From a virus: a DNA stretch of 64,000 nucleotides. The position numbers and the translations under genes were made by a program. Within the stretch, counting starts at the first letter, position 1. Every line of letters begins with the position of its first letter. The stretch lies in the IMG/VR virus record IMGVR_UViG_3300033568_000010, positions 1-64,000 of that record. One strand, 5' to 3'. Shown piece after piece: positions 28,947-37,701 of the stretch. The notes under the pieces were generated by a model. The model saw only the letters and a program-made list of their open reading frames with translations, made no database searches and was not told where the DNA came from.

Positions 28947-31900
28947 ATGGCGAATATTAAAACTACAGATATTGAAGTAGCCCTTTTTACAGGGACCGAT
29001 CCTTATCGTTATGATGTGGATAATAGACCTCTACGCAACCTTATCCTAAACGATATTGCGATCAATACAGAGCTTGAGACTCTAGTTACAGAAGTTACAA
29101 ATGCGCGTACAGATAACACGGTCACGCCTGCCGTAGAGTACGGAAGCCTTGATGGAAGACTAGAGGCAATTAGTCAAGCTAACGTAGATAACGCTTCCAT
29201 CAACTACTCTCTATTTGAGGGGCTTGCGGAGCTTAAGAGAACTACACATCAGTCAGGGTGGGTGCAGGAACCAAAGAGTAGAGCAATCTACCCAGAGGGA
29301 GCAGCAACTGGTGTAATCAATAATGATATCGGTCTTCTGACCGGGACAGAGTGGGCAGGGGCATACCCCTATCAGATACACATCGTTACGGACTACGCTA
29401 CTGCGATCAGTCCACTTACCACCTATGTAAATGGCTGGCTTGTTAAGCTCTTTAATATTCAAGCAGGTGGAGCAACTGCAGTCCGCAATAACGTAGCAAT
29501 CAAGCTCAGTGCCGCCGCAGCTAGTGGTGGTACTCAGGATTTTATTTTCCTTGAAGTTTGGAACGAAGAGATTCCAGCAGCTACTCCTCTATTCTGGAAG
29601 TATGGTAGCCCTCAGTTTGCTGCCTCTACTTACGGAGAAGGTATCCCTTCTCTCGACAACAACTATACTACAGACCCACTAGACCCGACCGTAGTCCACA
29701 GCATTACACGTCTAGCCAACGGTAACTTCTTACAAGTTCGCCACAGAGTTCGTATTGTAAACAACATCAATCCTGCAGACGACTACACTGGGTTTGGTGG
29801 AGCTAACGCTCTCCTTGCACTAGGTAGGGGCGCTGCTGTGGCTCCTGTTGCGTCATATTCATTCACAAACATGTTCACTGCTCTTAATGACGCAGGACTA
29901 TGGAGAGCAGGTAATGGTGACTCACAGTCCAAGACTGATCTAGGAACGTTTGATGGCTACACTTACGCCATTCCTATTGCAATGGTGCATCGTCGTAACA
30001 CAGGCGACTTCACACAGTCAAACCAGAACGGAACCAAGGTAGTTGGAAATGCTTCCACTGGGTATCGTTCTTCTGGTATCTCTGGTCGCCCAGACAATCT
30101 CTATTACGATTCAATCGACCGTAGTGACTTCATCGATAAGCGTCATTGGGTTGGTGTAACGTCTGCTGAGTATGAGAGGATGCTCCAGCGCTCTCTGTCT
30201 GAAGTTCTACATGGTACTACACGCTTACAGTGGGAGCAGCTTGCGTATGACGCTGGTTCTCTACCTGTCTGGGGTAACCGTGTACTCATGGACGATGTAA
30301 TCTTCTCTGACACTATTTACCCTGCATATGCTTCAGACCCAACGCTGGGGTCGTATGTTAACTACGTTAAGGATAAGAGCCTTGGCGGAACTCCATTCTC
30401 TAAACCAGACGGTGTTAGACGTAGGTTTGACGCATATCCAGAGGCGCAGAAGACTGATTTCGTAGTTAATCCTTTTGCTCTGACGAGCGACCAAACAGTA
30501 GCAGGATTTATAACAATAACAAACACTGGTGGAACAACCAGACTAGTTACCGTAGACCCTACTGTACTGTCTGGTGCTGCAGGAAACAGCGTTACTGCTG
30601 ATACTCCTGCATGGTTCTGGCTGAGTGATAGCAAGAGAATTGACCCTGTGGTTGGCGGAACTCCACAGGCAAGAACCTATACGCTCGATGTAGGTACACG
30701 GGCAAACACTGACCGTGTTCTTTGCTCAGTAGAGATCATGTTCCCCTCAAAGTCTGGTACTAAGTCACTTCCACGAGAGACAGTACAGCAAGAGTTCTTT
30801 GATGGAGTTAACCCACACAAGTCGTTTAGCTCTGGAACAAATTCACCTTACTGGGTAGTAAGAGACACGAGCAATAAGATTTGGGTAGCAGAATACTTTA
30901 CCAGCAAGATTAGCGTATGGGATGAGGCTGCAGACGGGTCTATGACTTTAGACTCAGCAGCAGGTCACTCTATCAGCAGTGCTACTATTGCAGGTGGAGT
31001 CACTAATGCATTTACATACCCAACAAGCGTAGCCGTATACGGTAATCCTTTCGCAGGTGCAGGTAGCGGAGCAGTTTGGGTAGTAGACCATGTAGGTAGA
31101 AAGGTTAAGAAGTACACCTTCAGCGCTGGGGTATGGACTCTAGCGGCTACGATTGAAACCTTTACCTGTCAGGCAGCTACAAGACGGTTTGGATCAGATA
31201 GCGGTGTGGCTTCAGTATATGCACCATACGCTCTTGCGATAACATCTGATGGAGCTAAGCTGTATGTAGTAGACTCACCGCGTCACGTAGTGTACGAGTT
31301 TAATACTGCAGCGCTAGGCACCGCTACAATTTTTGCCGGTGTTCTTGATACTCCCGGTACATCTACTGTTGCCCCCATCAAGTTGAACTACCCAACAGGT
31401 ATTTCAATGGACGGAACTAATGTTGTTATTACAGACGTAAACAACAATAGGTCGTCTATCCTCGATGACAACGGTATCCCAATCACAACGTTTGTTAATA
31501 GTGAGACTGGTGGGTCTTCAATGCCAGCAAACATTACAAGCGGTAGATACGCAATCCTGATAGGAACACCGGGGTCTGCTGATATTAAGTATCTAGTCAC
31601 GGCAGGAGGTGGAGGTACTTCAGACAGGCCTAATACTCTGTTTAAAGTTGATAAAGACTTTAACATTGAGTATGCGTTCTGCCCTTATGCCCCTACATCA
31701 ATTCCAAACATGTTGGGAGGAATTGCAGTAGACAGTCAGACCTCACCAAACTACGTTTGGATAACTAATGACACACAAATTCCAATCACTCCTAACGGTG
31801 GTGGCTGGGTATTAAACTACAGCAACCTATCTGTAAAGTTTGATAGAGCAACAAGTGGGTTTGGTAATACGTTCTCGTTCTCAGACATACAGTATGTACC

Positions 31901-33641
31901 TGCATCTGGGTCAGCACCTGCTAGAATCTTTGCTTCACGAAGACCAGTAGGTGGAGGGGTATCTCAGACTGCTCTATACAGCATCAACGGTGATGGTAGT
32001 GTGGTGTTCTCCAGCTTAACTGCACTACCATCCGGTGTTACTACTTCTGCCTTCACAAGCTACAGCCAGAAGAGAAATATAGCAGGTGTTCATCGCTTCT
32101 ACGAGAGCATCGTAGCTGATGGATACGTACAGAAGATTTATAGGTGGATTGCGTCTGGAAGCAACTGGGTAAGAGACGCAAGCCCTTCAATCACACTATC
32201 ACCGGGGGACTCTCTATACGGTGTTTCTCTTGGACTAGATCAAGATACCAGCGGAAACCTATATTTAACGTTCTCCGGTGTTACTGGTCTAGGTGGCGCA
32301 TCTAACGTAGTCCATCGCTATAAGTGGGATGGAGCTAACTTTGTTGCCCCCGGTGGTGCTGGAAACACGAGTGGTGTGTTTGGTACGGACGGTGTTACAG
32401 GTGGAACGTCTACTACGCTAGCTACTCCTTGGGGCATCTCCGTATCAGAGGATGGTACTGCTCTGTTTGTTGTAGGTAAAACTACAGCTGGATGGAGTGG
32501 TGGAGATGATGGTGGTAGATTCGTACCACTGGGTACCACAGATGCCAAGTGGCTTACAGGGTCAACACCTTATCTAGAAGATGTAGATTATCTAACGGAC
32601 TCTGCTAACCGCCCAAGCACAGTATCAACACCGATCCCCGGTGGTGTGTTTGCTTTGGTTAGTGGACAGGATATGTATATCTTGACAAGTAATCACAAGT
32701 TACTTCACTACAGGATGAGTATCCTCAATAACACAGACAGCTATCAGCTGGCGGGTGAATTTGGTATCTATAATGAGTCAGGGACTGACCACGCTAGACT
32801 AACCTCACCCCTATGCATGATCATGTCTACCGTTAGTGCGGATCGTATGATCATCGCAGATACTGGATCAAACCGTCTACTCTCCATCCACAAAAAGATG
32901 GCTGGTGTATCTTCTTCATCTGGAAACATAAGCACACTCACTAGTTTAGTGGATACAGAGAGACTTAAGCTCTGGACAATTACTTCACCTTACCAAGGAA
33001 TCGGAAGGCAAGTATTTACTGCAGGCGATATTGAGCGTGTATGGTCTACCCAGATCGTGTCTGCTTCAGAGTTTATGTACGTAACGTCTCTAGGTAGAAG
33101 CCCTGTACAGGCAGTAAGCCAGCTAGGTAGCTTAGCTATCAGCCCAGCGGCTGCAGGTGGAGCGATTGATCGTCTTCCACTTGGAGGTAAGGCAAACGGG
33201 TATGACTCATATTCATTTGGTGCTGATCCACTTCAACTATCTAATATCAACGAAGCATACCTGTCTTCTTCCATCCTAAAGATCCCTGTTGCCACCTATA
33301 GCTTAACTGCCTATAAGCCATTCAGAGACGATGCGGGTGAAGACTCACTCTTAGTTCTGGCTAGGTATGACGCCAGCGTTACACAGTTCTATACTACCAG
33401 AGGTATTTCAACTTGGTGGGGAGCGGGGCAAGGTACCTTCTACTCATCATCTACGCCGTTGGCGGTAGCCAAGAATAGAGTGGTATTTATCCCCTATTTA
33501 ATCCGCAGACGAGGAAGAGTCTTCCTAATGATTGTTACCAGCATTGCTACAGGGGTAGCTAACGTACTTGGTAACGTTAATGAAGCTCCAATTAGTGCAA
33601 TGGACATCTACGATGTCCCCGGCAGAATCCTTCTTCGCTAA
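28947..33641 (+). CDS. Giant tail fibre / host-recognition protein with NHL-type beta-propeller repeats
   Basis: 1564 aa. The N-terminus DPYRYDVDNRPLRNLILNDIAIN is a fibre-anchor-type motif. NHL-like blades: YPTGISMDGTNVVITDVNNNRSSILD, PYALAITSDGAKLYVVDSPRHVVYEF, LTSPLCMIMSTVSADRMIIADTGSNRLLSI. Confidence 0.7.
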   Translation: MANIKTTDIEVALFTGTDPYRYDVDNRPLRNLILNDIAINTELETLVTEVTNARTDNTVTPAVEYGSLDGRLEAISQANVDNASINYSLFEGLAELKRTTHQSGWVQEPKSRAIYPEGAATGVINNDIGLLTGTEWAGAYPYQIHIVTDYATAISPLTTYVNGWLVKLFNIQAGGATAVRNNVAIKLSAAAASGGTQDFIFLEVWNEEIPAATPLFWKYGSPQFAASTYGEGIPSLDNNYTTDPLDPTVVHSITRLANGNFLQVRHRVRIVNNINPADDYTGFGGANALLALGRGAAVAPVASYSFTNMFTALNDAGLWRAGNGDSQSKTDLGTFDGYTYAIPIAMVHRRNTGDFTQSNQNGTKVVGNASTGYRSSGISGRPDNLYYDSIDRSDFIDKRHWVGVTSAEYERMLQRSLSEVLHGTTRLQWEQLAYDAGSLPVWGNRVLMDDVIFSDTIYPAYASDPTLGSYVNYVKDKSLGGTPFSKPDGVRRRFDAYPEAQKTDFVVNPFALTSDQTVAGFITITNTGGTTRLVTVDPTVLSGAAGNSVTADTPAWFWLSDSKRIDPVVGGTPQARTYTLDVGTRANTDRVLCSVEIMFPSKSGTKSLPRETVQQEFFDGVNPHKSFSSGTNSPYWVVRDTSNKIWVAEYFTSKISVWDEAADGSMTLDSAAGHSISSATIAGGVTNAFTYPTSVAVYGNPFAGAGSGAVWVVDHVGRKVKKYTFSAGVWTLAATIETFTCQAATRRFGSDSGVASVYAPYALAITSDGAKLYVVDSPRHVVYEFNTAALGTATIFAGVLDTPGTSTVAPIKLNYPTGISMDGTNVVITDVNNNRSSILDDNGIPITTFVNSETGGSSMPANITSGRYAILIGTPGSADIKYLVTAGGGGTSDRPNTLFKVDKDFNIEYAFCPYAPTSIPNMLGGIAVDSQTSPNYVWITNDTQIPITPNGGGWVLNYSNLSVKFDRATSGFGNTFSFSDIQYVPASGSAPARIFASRRPVGGGVSQTALYSINGDGSVVFSSLTALPSGVTTSAFTSYSQKRNIAGVHRFYESIVADGYVQKIYRWIASGSNWVRDASPSITLSPGDSLYGVSLGLDQDTSGNLYLTFSGVTGLGGASNVVHRYKWDGANFVAPGGAGNTSGVFGTDGVTGGTSTTLATPWGISVSEDGTALFVVGKTTAGWSGGDDGGRFVPLGTTDAKWLTGSTPYLEDVDYLTDSANRPSTVSTPIPGGVFALVSGQDMYILTSNHKLLHYRMSILNNTDSYQLAGEFGIYNESGTDHARLTSPLCMIMSTVSADRMIIADTGSNRLLSIHKKMAGVSSSSGNISTLTSLVDTERLKLWTITSPYQGIGRQVFTAGDIERVWSTQIVSASEFMYVTSLGRSPVQAVSQLGSLAISPAAAGGAIDRLPLGGKANGYDSYSFGADPLQLSNINEAYLSSSILKIPVATYSLTAYKPFRDDAGEDSLLVLARYDASVTQFYTTRGISTWWGAGQGTFYSSSTPLAVAKNRVVFIPYLIRRRGRVFLMIVTSIATGVANVLGNVNEAPISAMDIYDVPGRILLR

Positions 33642-33650
33642 AGCATAGAC

Positions 33651-33694
33651 CACTGCCCACTGTAGTCTAAGGTGGGCAGTGGTTCAGCTTTTAT
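33651..33694 (+). terminator. Rho-independent terminator after the fibre gene
   Basis: CCACTGCCCAC / 11-nt loop / GTGGGCAGTGG (11-bp perfect stem), with TTTT a few nt downstream. Confidence 0.6.
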
Positions 33695-33717
33695 GTATTA
33701 TATTTAAAAGGTTAACC

Positions 33718-34209
33718 ATGAAAAGACAAGAGATATTGGATCGAGCGCATTACGCAGCAGCACACTCAAAGGCAACCTACGAGCTAGGTAAGGGTGGGTA
33801 TAGCCCAACCAACGAGCTACCAGAAGGGAGCACAAAGACTTGTGACTGTTCTGGTTTTGTTTCTTGGGTAATAGGCGAGTCAAGAAAGACAGGCAATGCA
33901 TTCCTTAAGAGTTTGAACGGTGGTTGGATTGAAACAACTGCGGTTGTAAAGGATGCAAAGAGTGAAGAGGGGATGTTCACCAAAATAGATGCCCCTGAGC
34001 CGGGATGTCTTTTTGTATGGGGTGACAACAGCGGTAAGCAGGGGCATATCGGCGTTGTTACTGAGGTGGCATTTGGCACCGCAACGAAAGTGATTCATTG
34101 TTCTTCAGGAAACTCTAGGAAGTATGGCAAGGCCATTAAGGAAACGGCAGCAGATATTTTTTACCACAACGGTGGTATATTTGTAAAATTCGATAAAATG
34201 GAAGACTAG
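33718..34209 (+). CDS. Endolysin, NlpC/P60 (C40) / CHAP-like cysteine peptidase
   Basis: CDCSGFVSWVIG (nucleophile Cys), GHIGVV (His) and VIHCSSG. ATG 33718 is chosen because the upstream GTG 33679 lies inside the terminator hairpin. Confidence 0.7.
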   Translation: MKRQEILDRAHYAAAHSKATYELGKGGYSPTNELPEGSTKTCDCSGFVSWVIGESRKTGNAFLKSLNGGWIETTAVVKDAKSEEGMFTKIDAPEPGCLFVWGDNSGKQGHIGVVTEVAFGTATKVIHCSSGNSRKYGKAIKETAADIFYHNGGIFVKFDKMED

Positions 34210-34629
34210 ATGGAAGATTTCATAGCGCGGCTGATAGAGGCAATTAACATAGGTAATGCTCTCGTAGTTCTATCAGCTACAGAGATAGTGCGCTATGCAA
34301 TGAATGTTATTTGGAGAAAGACCTACACGGACTTTTGGTCACCTCTTGTAGCACTAGTAATGGGGCAGATCATGGCATACCGGATGGGTGGGGTTTACGG
34401 AATAGACGTAGCGATAGCAGGGCTACAGCTTGCTGGCAGTGCCATGGTATTTTCCTCGCTATGGAAAAAGTTTAACGAGGGAGTTGCTTGGTTTTCTGGT
34501 AAGAAAGATGACCCAGTGATAATGGCCAAACTAGAGAAAACTAATGCAAAGGTAGAGCAGCAAATTGCTGCAGTTAAAAAAGCAGTTGGCAACGGAAGCA
34601 CAAAGGACGGCGAAGATGAAAATCCCTAA
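34210..34629 (+). CDS. Putative holin
   Basis: 139 aa with about three hydrophobic segments (ALVVLSATEIVRYAMNVIW, SPLVALVMGQIMAY, VAIAGLQLAGSAMVFSSLW) and a charged C-terminus. Starts right after the endolysin stop (TAGATG). Confidence 0.55.
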   Translation: MEDFIARLIEAINIGNALVVLSATEIVRYAMNVIWRKTYTDFWSPLVALVMGQIMAYRMGGVYGIDVAIAGLQLAGSAMVFSSLWKKFNEGVAWFSGKKDDPVIMAKLEKTNAKVEQQIAAVKKAVGNGSTKDGEDENP

Positions 34630-35011
34630 TTTACTATTACAGATGGCGTATAAAGCATTTTTCAATAGCATAGGGTCTATTGCAGAAACACCCCTAGAAA
34701 AGGTGCCTCACCTCAAGGTGGTAGCAGAGGCATATGTGCAAGGGAAGTCCCTAGAGGACATCATAGAGGCCTATTTCAGGGCAATTGAGAACGCACCGGA
34801 CGAGCAAATTTGGACTAATGTAGATGAGGTAATGGACTTCATACAAATGGAGATCCCTGCTATTCTAATGAAGTTCAACAGTCTACCAGCTAAAGATGTA
34901 ATTGCTCAGCTTTTAAACGGAGCCAGCATTCCTGACTTTGATGACAAAGAGGGGAACGAAGTTAAGATAGCGGACGTACTAGATAAAATTATGAATGAGC
35001 TAGGCAACTAG
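34616..35011 (+). CDS. Hypothetical acidic protein
   Basis: ATG 34616 with AAGGA 8 nt upstream. Overlaps the holin stop by 14 nt. No TM segment or lipobox, so not spanin-like. Confidence 0.5.
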   Translation: MKIPNLLLQMAYKAFFNSIGSIAETPLEKVPHLKVVAEAYVQGKSLEDIIEAYFRAIENAPDEQIWTNVDEVMDFIQMEIPAILMKFNSLPAKDVIAQLLNGASIPDFDDKEGNEVKIADVLDKIMNELGN

Positions 35012-35041
35012 CAAGAACTAACAACTTAAAGGAGAAATACA

Positions 35042-35410
35042 ATGGCACAAGTAGCAGTAGATAATTTAATGTTAGGTGTACAGCAGCTTTTTCTTGCTAA
35101 GGCAGAAGATGGTGCTATTAACTCAGCCAAGAAAGCAGCCCTTTCAGAGGCTATTACTAAGCTCACAGCTTCCCTTACAGACTCAGGCACAGGTGGAGAT
35201 CTAAACCTAGCAACGTCAGCAAAAACACTAGTAACGTCAGCTATCAACGATGCTACTATTGCATTGCAGGCATGTAATGGTCTTTTCAATGGATCTGGTT
35301 TTCTAGTAAAGACAGAGACTGTTGGAGCAGACTATTTTAGTGTGGATACTGCCTATGCTTCAGCACTAGAGGCTGCAGCAATTGAGCCTGTAGTAGAATC
35401 TGGAGAATAA
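35042..35410 (+). CDS. Hypothetical protein (Ala/Ser/Thr-rich)
   Basis: 122-aa ORF with AAGGAG SD upstream. Confidence 0.55.
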   Translation: MAQVAVDNLMLGVQQLFLAKAEDGAINSAKKAALSEAITKLTASLTDSGTGGDLNLATSAKTLVTSAINDATIALQACNGLFNGSGFLVKTETVGADYFSVDTAYASALEAAAIEPVVESGE

Positions 35411-35420
35411 GGTCGAGTAA

Positions 35421-35828
35421 ATGTCCAACAGTCTTTATACTAAAGGTAAGCAGTACTTTATGTTAGGTAGCATAAATTTGCTATCCGACACGATAAAGGC
35501 TACGCTTGTGAGCGACGGGTATACGCCTGACTTGGCAGCAGACGAGTTTGTGTCTGCTTCTATTGGAGCTTACATGCTAGGGACACCTCAGACACTCGCA
35601 TCTAAAACAGTAGCAGGAGCTATTTTTGATGCGGCAGATTGTACTTTTGTTTCGATAGCTGCCCCTGCAGTAATAGCAGGGGTAGCTATTTATCAAGATA
35701 CAGGATCGCTGCTTACATCCAAGCTCATCGCTTGGATTGATACAGGAACTGGTCTTCCTATGGTAGCGGACGGGGGTGACGTAGTCATCCAGTGGTCCGG
35801 TGGACCGGACAAGATCTTCAGACTCTAA
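35421..35828 (+). CDS. Conserved-looking hypothetical phage protein
   Basis: 135 aa. The pattern LLSDTIKATLVSDGYTPD...IFDAADCTF...VAIYQDTG...SKLIAWIDTGTGLPMVADGGDVVIQW recalls a recurrent family of unknown function (from memory only). Confidence 0.55.
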   Translation: MSNSLYTKGKQYFMLGSINLLSDTIKATLVSDGYTPDLAADEFVSASIGAYMLGTPQTLASKTVAGAIFDAADCTFVSIAAPAVIAGVAIYQDTGSLLTSKLIAWIDTGTGLPMVADGGDVVIQWSGGPDKIFRL

Positions 35829-35848
35829 AGGGCCTTCGGGCCTTTTTT
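35827..35848 (+). terminator. Rho-independent terminator
   Basis: AAAGGGCC / TTCG / GGCCTTTT followed by a T6 run, overlapping the stop codon of the previous gene. Confidence 0.6.
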
Positions 35849-35872
35849 AGTTAGAACCAAGCATAGTAAGGT

Positions 35873-36049
35873 ATGAACGAAGAAACAACCAGAGCACTAC
35901 AGGCAGCGATTACCCAAGTGGAGTCGATAGTTAAAACACTATCACCCACACAGGACAAACAAGCCAGAGATTTAATGGTTATGGGGCTGTCAAAATTGCG
36001 TCAATCCTACGGGTATATCATGCGAGGTTACCTGAAGGGCAAAGGCTGA
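35873..36049 (+). CDS. Small hypothetical protein (58 aa), not in the ORF track
   Basis: ATG 35873 with TAAGG upstream. Translates to MNEETTRALQAAITQVESIVKTLSPTQDKQARDLMVMGLSKLRQSYGYIMRGYLKGKG, ending at TGA 36047-36049. Confidence 0.4.
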   Translation: MNEETTRALQAAITQVESIVKTLSPTQDKQARDLMVMGLSKLRQSYGYIMRGYLKGKG

Positions 36050-36141
36050 AAGAAATGTTAGTTTGCCGTAGGCGAACACGGAATAAACAAAGCTTTAACT
36101 TGTTGAAGTTTAAGCAACTTAACTAAATAAAAGGAGAAGAA

Positions 36142-36459
36142 ATGAAAGAACTATTTAAGATTTGGACAAGCTGGGCATGGGCCTATATTCGCCCCCTAGG
36201 CAAGATCCTTCTTGCTAAGGGAAGCAAGCAGATGTTTGAGATCATCGCAGCCTTCATTATGGAAGCTGAAGTTAATCCTGCTCTCAAGACAGGTGCTGGA
36301 CGTAAGGCATGGGTAGCAGCTAAGATCAAGGAGTCAGACCTTCTTGTTGGTGATAAGTATGCTGACATGGTTATCGGTATTGCCATTGATCTCATCGTCC
36401 TTTATCTAACTTCACAGGGCAAGATCAACACAGCTAAGGTACTAGACGCAATCCTATAA
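36142..36459 (+). CDS. Small membrane protein, possibly a Holin_LLH-like second holin
   Basis: 105 aa with AAGGAG SD. N-terminal hydrophobic segment IWTSWAWAYIRPLGKILLA, then GAGRKAWVAAKIKE...MVIGIAIDLIVLYL. Resemblance to LL-H-type holins is from memory only. Confidence 0.3.
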   Translation: MKELFKIWTSWAWAYIRPLGKILLAKGSKQMFEIIAAFIMEAEVNPALKTGAGRKAWVAAKIKESDLLVGDKYADMVIGIAIDLIVLYLTSQGKINTAKVLDAIL

Positions 36460-36474
36460 GGAGTAGGTAACACT

Positions 36475-37104
36475 ATGGAAGATAACACGATTCAATTTCC
36501 GTCACGCGATGGATCAGCGGGTATGCCCTCTGATCGGTCTGGAACGAAGTATTCTAACGAAGCGTATCAGGCAGAGAAGGAAGCGAAGGCACAGGCTAAG
36601 CAGCGTAAAGAGATGGAAAAGGTAATGGCATCTCCTGTAACTAGAGGCGAGCTTAATCAGTCTATCGTCAGGATGTATGCGACGATGGAGAAGCTAGCAC
36701 AGGAGCTACGGGCTACACAGCTTCGATTGGAGGCGACAATTCGTATGGCAAGTGATAAGGGTGTATATGACAAGGACGAGTTTGTAAAGTACGTTCGTGA
36801 GCAGGTTGAGTGGAACAAGAAGATTGACGAACTCAACGCAGCTGACACACCACTCCCCTTGAGCCAGATGATTCATGAGGTAGCGGAGTGGAACAATCTA
36901 CATGGGCTTAAGATTGTATGGCAGCATGTTAGCCTTGATCGCAGACTGTTCAATGACGAGACACTAACTCTTGAAGAGAAGCTTTCAATTGCGGCAGAGA
37001 TGGACATGCCTGAGGCATTTATTCAGGATCTACGGGCTAAGGATCTCAATGAGGCACAGATCTCAGAAGAGGTTCTAGCTGGTACGGAAACACCAGTAGA
37101 GTAA
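36475..37104 (+). CDS. Hypothetical coiled-coil protein
   Basis: 209-aa ORF with GGAGTAGG upstream. Last gene before the strong terminator. Confidence 0.55.
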   Translation: MEDNTIQFPSRDGSAGMPSDRSGTKYSNEAYQAEKEAKAQAKQRKEMEKVMASPVTRGELNQSIVRMYATMEKLAQELRATQLRLEATIRMASDKGVYDKDEFVKYVREQVEWNKKIDELNAADTPLPLSQMIHEVAEWNNLHGLKIVWQHVSLDRRLFNDETLTLEEKLSIAAEMDMPEAFIQDLRAKDLNEAQISEEVLAGTETPVE

Positions 37105-37125
37105 CAAATCCCCTTCAGGACAACT

Positions 37126-37155
37126 AAGGCCACTGGAAACAGTGGCCTTTTTTAT
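37126..37155 (+). terminator. Strong rho-independent terminator (end of the late/lysis transcription unit)
   Basis: AAGGCCACTG / GAAA / CAGTGGCCTT (10-bp perfect stem, GNRA loop) followed by TTTTTTATTT. Confidence 0.8.
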
Positions 37156-37184
37156 TTGACCCAACATTACAGTTTCATTACAAT
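37156..37184 (+). promoter_or_regulatory. Sigma70/SigA-type promoter
   Basis: TTGACC (37156-37161), 17-nt spacer, TACAAT (37179-37184), directly abutting the terminator. A further TATAAT sits at 37190-37195. Confidence 0.55.
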
Positions 37185-37341
37185 TAGATTATAATTCTGT
37201 AATGTGGGAATATTTTTTTCCTTTCCCCCCTTAACAATCCCCCAGAAGCCCTAATATACTTCGTATATAAAAGAGACAAGAAACGTAGAATAAAGAAACA
37301 TCCTGACAAGAACAAAAAGATAAGTATAGATAAGATATATA

Positions 37342-37356
37342 AAGTATAGTATACTT
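37342..37356. promoter_or_regulatory. 15-bp palindrome (candidate operator)
   Basis: AAGTATA-G-TATACTT. A half-site copy AAGTATAGA lies at 37322-37330. It contains a TATACT -10-like hexamer. Confidence 0.3.
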
Positions 37357-37381
37357 AGTAATAGAGGTAATATTACAAACT

Positions 37382-37660
37382 ATGAACTCCAAAAATTTTG
37401 ATTTTAATTCTCGGCTAAAGCTAGCATTTCTAGCAGTTTACATACTAGTCGTCGGGGTTTCTATCGGTTATCTTGCCTGTCAGGCAAGGGTAGAAGAGGA
37501 AAAGGCCAAGGAAGCGTATCTTTACTTTCGACTAACGAAGTTAGAATCTGATATCCGTTACCTCAACTACGTTGTCGGTGATTCTGTTAAAACCGTTAAC
37601 ACCTTGAATTCCTATCAGGATGATGTAACCTTGGGGTTTAGAAAGGACTCAGTAAAATAG
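37382..37660 (+). CDS. Small early membrane-anchored protein
   Basis: 92 aa with an N-terminal TM segment LAFLAVYILVVGVSIGYLAC, then a coiled coil. SD weak or distant. Confidence 0.45.
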   Translation: MNSKNFDFNSRLKLAFLAVYILVVGVSIGYLACQARVEEEKAKEAYLYFRLTKLESDIRYLNYVVGDSVKTVNTLNSYQDDVTLGFRKDSVK

Positions 37661-37663
37661 TTC

Positions 37664-37692
37664 TTGACAACCGCTCCAGCGGTGGCTATACT
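37664..37692 (+). promoter_or_regulatory. Near-consensus sigma70/SigA promoter driving the gam-like gene
   Basis: TTGACA (37664-37669), 17-nt spacer, TATACT (37687-37692). The ATG is only 9 nt after the -10 hexamer. Confidence 0.65.
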
Positions 37693-37701
37693 TACTCCAT
37701 C

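Noticed and set aside
33679-33717. GTG start at 33679 for the endolysin (as in the ORF track)
   Set aside because: It lies within the 3' arm and T-tract of the fibre-gene terminator and adds a hydrophobic junk-like peptide. ATG 33718 is preferred.
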